Below, piece by piece: positions 29,093-38,573 of a stretch of 64,000 nucleotides of DNA. The notes below the pieces were generated by a model, which saw only the letters and a program-made list of their open reading frames with translations, was not told the DNA's origin and did no database searches. This DNA is from a virus. Each line of letters begins with the position of its first letter. The stretch's first letter is position 1. The translations under genes were made by a program, and so were the position numbers. The stretch is taken from the IMG/VR virus record IMGVR_UViG_3300012642_000011, positions 256,001 through 320,000 of that record, one strand, 5' to 3'.

Positions 29093-29588
29093 AATGGAGA
29101 TGATGGATATGAACTTGCTTACTTACGCTATGAATGCTGGAACGCTGACTACTGCAAAGGCCGCTGTCACTAACAACTTTTATACTGTTGATGAAGAGAA
29201 GAAGGCACGTGAGTTATTCATTGCTGCCAACGTGGTGGATGCGTCTCGTGTCCTCAAGATGAGTCGTGGTGTGATCAGCCCCAAGAGCGGATGGGTGACT
29301 CGTGTGCTGTGCGCTGTGGACGCATGGAATACCGGAAAGATTATCGCCGGAAATGTTGCTACTATCGCTTCATATGATGGCGATGATTTCGGGGAGAAAA
29401 CAGAAAAGTTCGTCAAGCATCTTCGATCCAACAAGGCAAGAGTGAAGAGTGCTCGATCATTGAGTAACAGGTTCCTCAAATTGAAGAACAACGTGATGAG
29501 CGATCCTTCAGAGGTCAAGTCCCACGTGAAGACCTTCTTGTTTGAGGATCATGTGGAAGATGCTTCCCCAAGCAATGCCCGTATCTGA
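29093..29588 (+). CDS. hypothetical protein about 165 aa
   Basis: ORF track. Start ambiguous among ATGs at 29093-29108. Terminator 29625-29672. Confidence 0.5.
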
Positions 29589-29685
29589 GGAAGGCATTGT
29601 GGTCCCTGTGGGGACACAGATCAGCATGATCGGAACATGATAAAGTCCGACTGAAATTGATCAGTCGGACTTTATGCTTTCCCTG

Positions 29686-29913
29686 TCAGTCGTACAGAAG
29701 GATTTCCTGCACGTCGTTGCGGAGGGAGTTCACGATCTTGTTGGCGACCTTGTTGCCACCCACCTCGGAGGGGTCAACGTTCAGGCGGATGGAGAAGGAA
29801 CGCCCCTCGGGGATGACCACGAAGGAACCACCGGCACGGGTGACGAGGTTATCGATGGCATCCTCCTGCTTCCACGAAAGACGCTCGGGGGAGGAAACGG
29901 TGATCGAAGACAT
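29686..29913 (-). CDS. hypothetical protein 75 aa
   Basis: RBS TAGGAGAGCATCAC. Conserved promoter TTGACA-18-TAGATT. Confidence 0.7.
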   Translation of the reverse strand: MSSITVSSPERLSWKQEDAIDNLVTRAGGSFVVIPEGRSFSIRLNVDPSEVGGNKVANKIVNSLRNDVQEILLYD

Positions 29914-30118
29914 GTGATGCTCTCCTACGGAGTAAGTGGGAATCGGCTCTTCCTCTTCCCTGCTTGATACTCATAATCTATCACAGGGGACGCTCCACTG
30001 TCAACCATGTTTTGCACGTTGCTTCCGTGAGTAAACGATAGGCATAGGGACACAAGATGAGCGATCAATGAATAGGGGCGGCAGAGATGTGTTCTCTGCC
30101 GCCCCTATCGCGTGTTGG

Positions 30119-30550
30119 TCAGGGCTTGAAGTAGTGCCCGTTCATCATCTCCACGTCGATGGTCGCCATCACTGTCTCGGCCATCTTCTCGTAGTTCCCG
30201 CCCAGCATCTGGTACAGCAGGTTGGACGAGTCAGCGGAAAGCGTCTTGTTCATGTGGTCCTCTACGAAGGCAGCGTCATCCTCGAAGTGACCGAAGTGCG
30301 CATCATCAGCCGAGCGCACCAGATCGTCCAGATCATAAGCGGTCTTCATCTTCATGTTGAACAGAGTGGTATAAGCGTCGTACTTTCCAGCGTCCTCATC
30401 GTTCTCGACAGAGAACAGAAGGGGGTTCTCGATAGTCTCGACAGTGCTACGCAGATTCTCGATAGCATGGTAGATGCTCCCCACCGTGCCATCATGCTCG
30501 ATCTCGTAAGCGTCGCCCTGTGCGCTGTAGACAGTCATCGTCTGGGTCAT
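30119..30550 (-). CDS. hypothetical acidic protein 143 aa
   Basis: RBS TGAGGAGAGATC. Promoter TTGACA-18-TAGAGT. Terminator 30072-30116. Confidence 0.7.
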   Translation of the reverse strand: MTQTMTVYSAQGDAYEIEHDGTVGSIYHAIENLRSTVETIENPLLFSVENDEDAGKYDAYTTLFNMKMKTAYDLDDLVRSADDAHFGHFEDDAAFVEDHMNKTLSADSSNLLYQMLGGNYEKMAETVMATIDVEMMNGHYFKP

Positions 30551-30642
30551 GATCTCTCCTCATGAGTGAATGGTCTCGGATGGCTTCCTTAACCTCTGTG
30601 ATTACTCTACACGAAGGGACGTTTCACTGTCAACACGAGCGA

Positions 30643-30918
30643 TCACACCTCAAAACGCATGGAATAGAGTGGGTTCGCGCCGATCTTGTTCTCAGTCACG
30701 GAATAGCGAAGTTGTGTCATCGTGTTTGGAATGTATTCAGATCCGTTCATCCCCACCTCGTGATCCTTGATCCCCAGATGCAAGAACTCCTTGCTCACCT
30801 GATCCATGGCATCTTGTGCCGTCTTGTGGGCAGAGACGAACATATCGCCGCTCACGTCAATTGAATCCCGTGTCACAACAAGTCGCATTATGGTCAAAAT
30901 GTACACAGTATCGATCAT
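30643..30918 (-). CDS. hypothetical protein 91 aa
   Basis: ORF trimmed to the ATG with RBS CAAGGAGAAGAAC. Confidence 0.65.
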   Translation of the reverse strand: MIDTVYILTIMRLVVTRDSIDVSGDMFVSAHKTAQDAMDQVSKEFLHLGIKDHEVGMNGSEYIPNTMTQLRYSVTENKIGANPLYSMRFEV

Positions 30919-31086
30919 GTTCTTCTCCTTGTTTGTTTTGATTATTGTCAATGACACACTATATTTTCAGAACCCTTTTGTCAACACAGTCCCCACATCG
31001 AAATAAGGGGACACAGATCATGTGATGGCTGTAGTGACGATAGTACAACTAGTAGCACGAACAGGATCACAGAAGGAGGGAAGCAC

Positions 31087-31281
31087 ATGAACCTCAGAAG
31101 AGACAGAACCATAGCAGGAATCATTGCCTTGCTTATGCTCGTTGCTGTAGGCATCTATGCCCTCTACTCGGACATCCCTCTCGTGAGCGTAGGTGTTCTC
31201 ATCCTCGTCATCCTAGGGATCAGGGAGGTCTGGAAAGTACGCAAGGAACCAGACGCTCACGACACAGCAAACGACGACTGA
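31087..31281 (+). CDS. small membrane protein 64 aa
   Basis: RBS GAAGGAGGGAAGCAC. Two hydrophobic helices. Confidence 0.7.
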   Translation: MNLRRDRTIAGIIALLMLVAVGIYALYSDIPLVSVGVLILVILGIREVWKVRKEPDAHDTANDD

Positions 31282-31421
31282 TTCATAAGGGACGCTCCAT
31301 CGTGGTCTCCGTCTGGAAAATGTTTTGACCCAGAGTTGACACGTGTACAGAACGTGTGCAATGATTGATTCATCAGGTCAAGGGAACAGCCCAAGACCAT
31401 AACTCTCAAGGAGAGAGCATC

Positions 31422-31622
31422 ATGAAGGAAACTTTCAACCAGCCCGCCGCCCAGTGGACCTGCGATTGCGGCACCCTGGTGGAGCGGTGGCGCGGGCAGT
31501 CGGATGTCCAGTGCTACAACTGCGGCCAGTGGTACAACGCCTTCGGTCAGCGTCTGGTGAGCAACTGGGCCAGCGCCGCCCGCATGGCCGAGTACGGCGA
31601 GGTGTGGGACGAGGACTACTGA
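31422..31622 (+). CDS. small zinc-ribbon-like protein 66 aa (CDC...CYNC)
   Basis: Conserved + leader 31350-31420 (CTCAAGGAGAGAGCATC). Promoter TTGACA-18-AATGAT. Confidence 0.7.
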   Translation: MKETFNQPAAQWTCDCGTLVERWRGQSDVQCYNCGQWYNAFGQRLVSNWASAARMAEYGEVWDEDY

Positions 31623-31776
31623 GCATAGCCTCAGTAGCAGCCCGCCTAGTACCTCACACGAGGGAACGGCGGGCCGCTCCATATTGATTACTTGCTGGAT
31701 TTTGCATTCATGGGGTTATCATGGTAAGATAGGTAGACCATGAAAATACTCTGCAAATCAGCAAGGAGAATGGCGC

Positions 31777-32019
31777 ATGAGTGAAATCTTTGGAAGTTGG
31801 AACATCTGGGTGATCCTCGCTGTGACTATCGTCAGTTTCGCTCTGTTCGCTAAGGCGATACGTATGCGAGGCGATCATGACAGCAAGGCGGGAGGCGTAG
31901 CAGTTAATTCCGGTCTCTGCATCCTCGGCGTAGGCGTGATCGTGATGTCCATGATTGGTATTGCCTACCTGTCCGCGTCTTACACCAGCCATGTGGCAAA
32001 AGTGATCTTCGGCGGTTAA
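31777..32019 (+). CDS. membrane protein 80 aa
   Basis: RBS CAAGGAGAATGGCGC. Terminator 32036-32078. Confidence 0.7.
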   Translation: MSEIFGSWNIWVILAVTIVSFALFAKAIRMRGDHDSKAGGVAVNSGLCILGVGVIVMSMIGIAYLSASYTSHVAKVIFGG

Positions 32020-32207
32020 GGATCTGGCAGTGATGAGTGCTTGTGGGCGTAGATTGTCTACGCCCACAAGCACGTTCTGGACAGAAGCACACAGGGGACA
32101 CAGAATGTGTTTCATTTTAAATCCGGCATGATTGATTTTCTCGTATTGACGATCATTGCTCAATGGTGTACTGTAGAAGACAAAGGCAACTTCCAACCGA
32201 GGAGAGC

Positions 32208-32924
32208 ATGATGACCAAGGACATGTCGCAGATCACCATCGATCTCATGACGGCTACCCCTTCCGAGTTCGACACCGCTTACAGCAAGGCCATTGAGGAA
32301 GCCTTGCGTGTGGGTCAGCGTGCTGAGAGTGACCGTGAGAGCATCTGTAGGAGTTTCTACCCGTCGTATCAGTACCCTGACATGACGGATGCGGAGAAGA
32401 TGGATGCTGCTCGTGTCTCAGAGGATTATTTCATCAAGCGGTTCTACGATAGCTTCGTTGATCACAAGTCGCAGTATTATGCCCTTCAGGACGCTCTGAA
32501 GCGGTACGAGAAGGCGTTTGATGATCGTGGTGGGTGGTCACGATTCTTCATTGTTCGTGCTTCCAACGGGCACATTCATTCCTCCATGGGGTGCTCTACT
32601 TGCAACAAGAATGGTAAGCCTACTAACTTTGGCTGGCTGCCTGATCTGTCTGGTCTGAATGAGAAGGATGCTGTGGATGCTCATGGGGCCATCCTGTGTA
32701 CTGTGTGCTTCCCTTCCGCGCCTGTGGAGTGGACGAACCACTATGAGGAGCAGGAGAAGAAGAAGGCTGCTGAGAAGTGCTCTGGGTCGGGCAAGAGTTA
32801 CGATCCCTCGCTTCCAAACCGAACTGGCTACTACTCGGGCAACTGGGCTACCTGCCCTGAGTGCAGCAAGAAGGTCACCCTGACTTCCACCATGAAGTTG
32901 CGTTCTCACAAGCCTGAGAAGTGA
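32208..32924 (+). CDS. hypothetical Cys-containing protein 238 aa
   Basis: RBS CCGAGGAGAGC before ATGATG. Terminator 32931-32978. Confidence 0.75.
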   Translation: MMTKDMSQITIDLMTATPSEFDTAYSKAIEEALRVGQRAESDRESICRSFYPSYQYPDMTDAEKMDAARVSEDYFIKRFYDSFVDHKSQYYALQDALKRYEKAFDDRGGWSRFFIVRASNGHIHSSMGCSTCNKNGKPTNFGWLPDLSGLNEKDAVDAHGAILCTVCFPSAPVEWTNHYEEQEKKKAAEKCSGSGKSYDPSLPNRTGYYSGNWATCPECSKKVTLTSTMKLRSHKPEK

Positions 32925-33074
32925 CCTGAGTCCATTCCATATAGTGATCATGTGGCATCACTATATGGAATGGACTGTAAGGGGACACAGGATCGACATG
33001 ATGGCCTAGTCAGAGATCATGTGTTTCGGTTGCTATCATACGTGTGATGGAACGCGCAATACTTAGGAGCACTC

Positions 33075-33398
33075 ATGAGCAACCAGATTCGATTCAGCAA
33101 GGGCGAGGGAACACGCATTCTCGCGGAAATTGACATTGACCTGCAGCAACATGACGTGATCATGGACGTAGAGGATGCTGTAGAATGCGTGTCTGATAGA
33201 TCTGACATAGGGTACTCGCTGATGGATGGGTATCTCGCTGTGGGGGACGTGACATGCTCCGATGTGGTCTTTGCCCACCATGAGTTCAGAGAATCTTTAG
33301 TGCAAGCCGTAGAGGACGTGTACGAGGAACGTATACTGCAGATTCAAGCCATACTGGATGAGTTGATGAACAATCCGCCAGAGCATCACCACGGCTGA
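33075..33398 (+). CDS. hypothetical acidic protein 107 aa
   Basis: RBS TAGGAGCACTC. Confidence 0.65.
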   Translation: MSNQIRFSKGEGTRILAEIDIDLQQHDVIMDVEDAVECVSDRSDIGYSLMDGYLAVGDVTCSDVVFAHHEFRESLVQAVEDVYEERILQIQAILDELMNNPPEHHHG

Positions 33399-33530
33399 GA
33401 AATCTGTTGTAGAGTGGAGGGCATGGAAGACGCTCAGCGTCTTGAGAACTCGAATCTTCCGTGAGAGTTGACAATCTGCTTGCTTTGTGAAATGATGCTG
33501 AGAGGATTCATATAACCGAGGAGAATATTT

Positions 33531-33887
33531 ATGTTTGGCAATCTTTCCTTCTATCAGAACGCTGATGATCTGTCTACAGTGTTCTTCTATGTCGAGCGTG
33601 ATGGCGAGGAGTACGAAACTGAGGTCACCCTTACTGACGCTATCGAGTACGCTGTGCATAAGCCTACCCTGTACTTCCATCCGTACAGTAGGGGTATGAA
33701 TAGCCGTCCTGGTAGTGCTTACATCTTTGATGTTGAGTATGAAATGCCTGATGGTTTTGACACCATCGCTGTGCCGTCCAGTCAATACGCAAATACGCTT
33801 CCTGAATTCGTGGATCGTGCGCGTCGAGAGTACATTGATCATTTGCGTGGTGTGGCTGATCATCTGGAAAAGATTCGTGTGATCTGA
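33531..33887 (+). CDS. hypothetical protein 118 aa
   Basis: RBS CGAGGAGAATATTT. Terminator 33908-33955. Confidence 0.7.
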   Translation: MFGNLSFYQNADDLSTVFFYVERDGEEYETEVTLTDAIEYAVHKPTLYFHPYSRGMNSRPGSAYIFDVEYEMPDGFDTIAVPSSQYANTLPEFVDRARREYIDHLRGVADHLEKIRVI

Positions 33888-34078
33888 TGTTGAGACAGAC
33901 GTTCTGATAGTCCCGTATAGTGAGAAATCAAGTTCTACTATACGGGATTTTCCATGTTGCCCGAAGGGACACAGTTTTTAATAAATCCTTCCTGTGAATC
34001 GCCTGTTGAGTTGCCAGAGTGGTCGCCAGAGCATCCCTGATGGGGTACAATAGAGGTATCCGGCAAGGGGAGGGAATC

Positions 34079-34255
34079 ATGAAGACCATGGTACGAGAGC
34101 ACGAGGTGAGGGTGACCTTCGTTGGTCGCAACACGGCGTTCCACTCTGGGATCATGCTGGAATCTGTGGCCGTGGAGTTCGCAGAGAGCGAGCGCATGAA
34201 TCCCGAGACCACGGAGATCATCATTGAGTGTGACCCGTACTGCTGGTGCCAGTGA
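34079..34255 (+). CDS. small CxxCWC-motif protein 58 aa
   Basis: RBS AAGGGGAGGGAATC. C-terminal IIECDPYCWCQ, paralog of 22917..23120. Confidence 0.6.
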   Translation: MKTMVREHEVRVTFVGRNTAFHSGIMLESVAVEFAESERMNPETTEIIIECDPYCWCQ

Positions 34256-34293
34256 GTTTACAGTATTCTCACAGTTATCGTACATGAATGCAG

Positions 34294-34302
34294 GGGACAC
34301 AG
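34294..34302 (+). repeat. GGGGACACA intergenic motif
   Basis: GGGGACACAGAAATAATCTT. Confidence 0.8.
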
Positions 34303-34403
34303 AAATAATCTTCAACGAATATTGCTTGTCGTGTTGACAAGCCGTTTCTCATCTGATAATATTCATCGTAGATAAGAATTCAACGACGCAGACGAGGTAC
34401 ACA

Positions 34404-35222
34404 ATGTCGAAGACGTTCAAGACTGATCCCACAGACGTGCAGATTCGCCGCCAGATGAAGGTTGATCCGTACCGTTCCACGGAGAAGAACGGGGTTCACT
34501 CCCGTAGGGTGTACAAGAACAAGCACTACTTCCAGTACGACGTGATCTTCCGCGCCAACGAGGTGTCGCAGATGGAGGCGTTCTTGTCCATGCTGGACAA
34601 CAACAAGGACACCACCAAGATTCAGCACTCCACCCGTAGTCGTAGCCTCATCACGTACACGGTCAAGGGCATGAACGGTTACCTTCAGACCGGCTCCGCC
34701 TACACCTACGGCTCTTACGGATCGGTCTACGGTCGCAAGATCCGCGTGAGGACTAAGTTCGATCACATGAAGGGGTACAGCCAGAGCGATTTCGATGACA
34801 TCGTGGCCCGTGTCGCTGTTCACAAGAACAACAACTCCAAGACTCGCGGCGCGACCTACGACGTGTTCAACGTGATCACCGTGAACGAGGAAGTCACCTT
34901 GAACAACCCCAAGGACGACGAGAAGTACGAGTACGCGATGGGCCACGAGTTCGACAAGATGTTCCCTCGCTACCGTGACGCTTGGGAGTCCAACGAGATG
35001 GCAGCAAAGAGGCGATCCCTCAGGTCCTACCGTGAGGACGACCTTGACATGGGGGATCACCAGAGCGACCCTGCTATGGCGAAGTACGAGGACAATCTTA
35101 CCATGTTGGATTACAACTACCAGATTCCCTTGTTGCTGGACGACTACGACTTTGACGAGGCGTTGTGCCCGCAGACCGCAGACGGGCACTCCACTCTGGT
35201 TTACACCACGGAGTCCCAGTGA
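34404..35222 (+). CDS. hypothetical protein 272 aa
   Basis: RBS GACGAGGTACACA. Strong terminator 35228-35280. Confidence 0.8.
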   Translation: MSKTFKTDPTDVQIRRQMKVDPYRSTEKNGVHSRRVYKNKHYFQYDVIFRANEVSQMEAFLSMLDNNKDTTKIQHSTRSRSLITYTVKGMNGYLQTGSAYTYGSYGSVYGRKIRVRTKFDHMKGYSQSDFDDIVARVAVHKNNNSKTRGATYDVFNVITVNEEVTLNNPKDDEKYEYAMGHEFDKMFPRYRDAWESNEMAAKRRSLRSYREDDLDMGDHQSDPAMAKYEDNLTMLDYNYQIPLLLDDYDFDEALCPQTADGHSTLVYTTESQ

Positions 35223-35227
35223 TCAGA

Positions 35228-35280
35228 TGAAAGAAGGGGTACGGGAATTAAGTTTCCCGTGCCCCTTCTTTGTTTTTAAT
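35228..35280 (+). terminator. intrinsic terminator (GAAGGGGTACGGGAA...TTCCCGTGCCCCTTC plus TTTGTTTTT)
   Basis: End of the rightward gene block. Confidence 0.75.
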
Positions 35281-35327
35281 TTCAATGGAAGATGACAATG
35301 ATTAGGGGACACAGATAACTGTGTCAC

Positions 35328-35648
35328 TCAATCCTTGCTCACCTGTGTAGCACGATCCGCCTGCGCCATAAGAGATGCAACACGAAGCGGTGTCTCCCTA
35401 GCGTGAAAGTCATCCCAGATTTCTTGGAGGACGCTGTTGCTCGTGGGACGCTCTGCCGCTACGAACTCTTCTAGCCGGTTTTCCTTCACAGGGGCGATCT
35501 CGCGTGCTGCCTCGGCGATCTGATCTGCGTCTCCCACGTAGTCAAGAGCAATTAATTCTTCCGTCTCTTTGACAAGACGTGCTTTTGATTCAGGCATCTG
35601 CCCTCCACCTGTGTTCAAGGCATCTGATCCTGTGCTTGCTTTGTCCAT
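35328..35648 (-). CDS. hypothetical protein 106 aa
   Basis: RBS TCAAGGAGTACAC. Confidence 0.7.
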   Translation of the reverse strand: MDKASTGSDALNTGGGQMPESKARLVKETEELIALDYVGDADQIAEAAREIAPVKENRLEEFVAAERPTSNSVLQEIWDDFHARETPLRVASLMAQADRATQVSKD

Positions 35649-35770
35649 GTGTACTCCTTGATTGATGTCTTTTTACCATTGTAACAAATGGGATTATAGG
35701 TCGTTTCAATCATGAAGACAGAGCGCACTAAAAAGCGGGGAGGGGGATTGTTCTCCCCTCCCCGCTCATG

Positions 35771-36037
35771 TCACGGGTAGCGTTCGCCGTGAGCCTTCTT
35801 CCAGCCCTCTGGCTCCGTGTCATCAGAGCCATCCCAGAGCATTGCTGCGTGCAGTGCAACGCCGCCCTTGTCGTAGCACCAGTAGCGGTCATAGGTGCTG
35901 GGGAGGGACTTGGGTGTGGTCACCACGCGGTCATTGTAGAGCATGCTGAGCACGTCGATGTAGTGCGTGGGCGTCTCCTTGATGCGCCAGCCGCCGTCGA
36001 TCTTCTGGAACTGGTCGGGGTGAGGGAACTGTGTCAT
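35771..36037 (-). CDS. hypothetical protein 88 aa
   Basis: RBS GCAAGGAGAGACC. Terminator 35722-35768. Confidence 0.7.
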   Translation of the reverse strand: MTQFPHPDQFQKIDGGWRIKETPTHYIDVLSMLYNDRVVTTPKSLPSTYDRYWCYDKGGVALHAAMLWDGSDDTEPEGWKKAHGERYP

Positions 36038-36224
36038 GGTCTCTCCTTGCGTAGAGGTGCGTTTCTGTTCTCAGTGTAGCCAATGCGCGTGTAGATTACA
36101 AGACGGGAAATGAGTACCTCTGGGGGACACGATTTCGACATATTTAAAACACGCTGTACGTCTTGTTTATAGGCAATAAAAATCCGGCCCTGTGGTATGG
36201 TCCACAGGGCCGGATCGTTACTGA

Positions 36225-37229
36225 TCACTCACCATGCTTGGCAAGGAACTTGTTGTTGATGGCCTTGAAGTTGGCACGGTCGCCGGTCTCAGCGAACTCC
36301 TTGCCCTCACGGTTCCACCACACCACGCCCTCAGCCTGCACCTTGGGGTTGATCGTGGAGGTCATGCCGTTCACCTGCTCCACGGCCTGCTCTACAGTCT
36401 CAGGGAGAACAAGGTCGAGGTGCGGGACGGAATGCTTCTCCACGAAGGCGTCGAATGCCTCATCGGCAACAGGGGAAGACGCGGAGAACACCAGAAGACG
36501 GTTACCCTGAATCTTCAGCTTGTTGCCCTGAATTCCCTCGCCCACAATCTCGCCCTGAATGATAGCACCCTCGGGCATGATCTCTGCAAGACCAAGACGC
36601 TCCGCCATCTTCGCCTGCATAGACTCCGTGGGGTGAAGCGTCCAGTTGCGCCCTGCCACCACGATCTCGCCCTCACGCTTGAGGAACGTGGAGGACGTAC
36701 CATCCACCTTCTCCGTAGCAAACCACTCGTTGCGGTCAAGGGAGGCAAGGAACTCATCGGAGAGGTTCTGCACGCGCTCAGAATCGGTCTTACGAACACC
36801 ATGAGGGAACGGGTCCACCATCTGACCACCCATGGGAATCGGAGGCTCGAACTTGAACACGCCCAGACGCTCCGCCACAGCATCCACTTCGGACTGTGTG
36901 GAGTCAGCGTTCAGACCGAATCCCAGCGGGAGGATAAGACCCTGAGAGAACACGCCGCGCAGCTTCATGGTGCGGAGGACATGCCCACGAACGGTCTGCC
37001 CGTTGGGGGACGTGGCATCCTTGGAGGACTTCGCAGACAGGAAGGAGAACTCCGGCACGTCAGCGGGAAGGAAGGCGTCGATCTCGAAATAGAGAACAGG
37101 CTGACCAGCCTTGAACTCACCCTTCTTCACGACAGACTTCCAGCCGCCGATGGTGGCGACCTCGATAGCGTCAGCGTTCTCGATGGGATCGATTCCATCG
37201 ATCTTCTTGATGCTCATCATCTTGCGCAT
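36225..37229 (-). CDS. ATP-dependent RNA ligase, Rnl5 family (NgrRnl/DraRnl-like)
   Basis: Nucleotidyltransferase motif I EKVDGTS (KxDG). N-terminal domain KKIDGIDPIENADAIEVATIGGWKSVVKKGEFKAG. EPPIP, KTDSERVQNL, GRNWTL, IQGEIVGEGIQGN, FKAINNKFLAKH all parallel NgrRnl-type ligases as I recall them. RBS AAGGAGAGTGGAAT. Confidence 0.9.
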   Translation of the reverse strand: MRKMMSIKKIDGIDPIENADAIEVATIGGWKSVVKKGEFKAGQPVLYFEIDAFLPADVPEFSFLSAKSSKDATSPNGQTVRGHVLRTMKLRGVFSQGLILPLGFGLNADSTQSEVDAVAERLGVFKFEPPIPMGGQMVDPFPHGVRKTDSERVQNLSDEFLASLDRNEWFATEKVDGTSSTFLKREGEIVVAGRNWTLHPTESMQAKMAERLGLAEIMPEGAIIQGEIVGEGIQGNKLKIQGNRLLVFSASSPVADEAFDAFVEKHSVPHLDLVLPETVEQAVEQVNGMTSTINPKVQAEGVVWWNREGKEFAETGDRANFKAINNKFLAKHGE

Positions 37230-37347
37230 ATTCCACTCTCCTTGTGGTTGTTGTGCTCTTTCTCAAATAATCGTACTACACATGAGTGCCCCCTGTCAAC
37301 ATGGGATCACGTTAACAGGGGGACGCTCCACTTTGATCAATCATGGT

Positions 37348-37505
37348 CAGGGAGTGTTAAGCATCTGCTCCGTGTGGGTGTACTGCTCCTTGAGCATGGC
37401 GGTAATCTCCTCATCCGTCATAGAACTGAATCATCCGTCATAGAACTGAAGGCGGTATTCAGAGCAGATTCCAGAGCAGCGTTTTCAGCAGTGGTCAGTT
37501 TCATT
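37348..37505 (-). pseudogene. small-protein paralog disrupted by a 20-bp tandem duplication
   Basis: ATG at 37505 (RBS GGAGAATACA) gives MKLTTAENAALESALNTAFSSMTD, then a frameshift. Removing one copy of tcatccgtcatagaactgaa (37411-37430 and 37431-37450) restores a 46-aa ORF paralogous to 37590..37751. Confidence 0.5.
37411..37450. repeat. perfect 20-bp tandem duplication tcatccgtcatagaactgaa x2
   Basis: Direct adjacent repeat. Frameshifts the small gene 37348..37505. Confidence 0.8.
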
Positions 37506-37589
37506 GTATTCTCCTTTGTATCAACAGTGTAGGGACACAGTTTATTAACGTGTGGTGTAGCCGTTGTTGACTATCACCATGTGATCATG

Positions 37590-37751
37590 TCAATCCTGAG
37601 CGTACACCTGTGATGCATAATCAGGATCGTTGAGCATCTTCTTTACGTCAGCGTTCTGCTCCTTGAGCATGCTGGTGATTTCAGCATCCGTCATGGCGCT
37701 GAAAGCCTCTTTGACGGCAGACTTCAGTGCATTGTATTCGTTCGGTGTCAT
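37590..37751 (-). CDS. small protein 53 aa (MTPNEYNALKSAVKEAFSAMTDAEITSMLKEQ...)
   Basis: RBS CACAAGGAGAAAAACA. Paralog of the disrupted gene at 37348..37505. Confidence 0.6.
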   Translation of the reverse strand: MTPNEYNALKSAVKEAFSAMTDAEITSMLKEQNADVKKMLNDPDYASQVYAQD

Positions 37752-37937
37752 TGTTTTTCTCCTTGTGCGTAAAGGCATTCTATGGGGTGAGCATATCACA
37801 GGGAATACTCATATGTCAATGAGAAAGGGGCTGTGGTAGCAATAACCACCACAGCCCCAAACGAGATCACGTTAACTGTACAGCATGTACGCAACGCGGT
37901 CAACAACAGAACCATGGGGGACACAGGTAGTCTGAGA

Positions 37938-38423
37938 TCACCACCACATGTGCGGATAGACCTCTGCCCATATGCGCCACATCAGATGAGCGGCATCATC
38001 ACGCTCGCGCTCCTTGAGCACTTCCTTGTCATACATGTGGTCTCGATTGGACTCCCACTCTTCAAGATCCTTCTCGTCCACATCAGGTTCAGGTGTGAGG
38101 TAGAAAGCGCCCAGCGAGATCATGCGGTCTACGGCTTCCTTTACGGTGTACGTCACACCATCAACCTCGACCTTGTAGACCTCCATATCAATCACAGAGG
38201 AAGCCTTCTCTCTGTACATGCAGAGGCGTTCGTACAGGATCTCCGCCATGGTGTATTCCATGTTCCATGTCTGGGAAGCGTTGAATCCGTAGATAGCCTC
38301 TTCCTTCTTGAATTGACGCTTGTGCCTCTTGTTGATCTCTGCCTTTTCTTTGATCCTGCTCTTGACCTGCTTCTTATCCATCAGGTCGTAGATGTACTTG
38401 CGGCCCATGCGCTTCTTTACCAT
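37938..38423 (-). CDS. hypothetical protein 161 aa, basic N-terminus
   Basis: RBS TAAGGGAGACCATTC. Confidence 0.75.
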   Translation of the reverse strand: MVKKRMGRKYIYDLMDKKQVKSRIKEKAEINKRHKRQFKKEEAIYGFNASQTWNMEYTMAEILYERLCMYREKASSVIDMEVYKVEVDGVTYTVKEAVDRMISLGAFYLTPEPDVDEKDLEEWESNRDHMYDKEVLKERERDDAAHLMWRIWAEVYPHMWW

Positions 38424-38573
38424 GAATGGTCTCCCTTACGCCCTATAAGACTTACTTCTAGTGTAATCTATGATAGCAGAAAAATCAACGTTCAGATATA
38501 GGGGACACATAATTCGGCAGCATAAGGAAAGGGGAGGGATCGTGTTATTGATCCCTCCCCTTCTGAAATCAGA

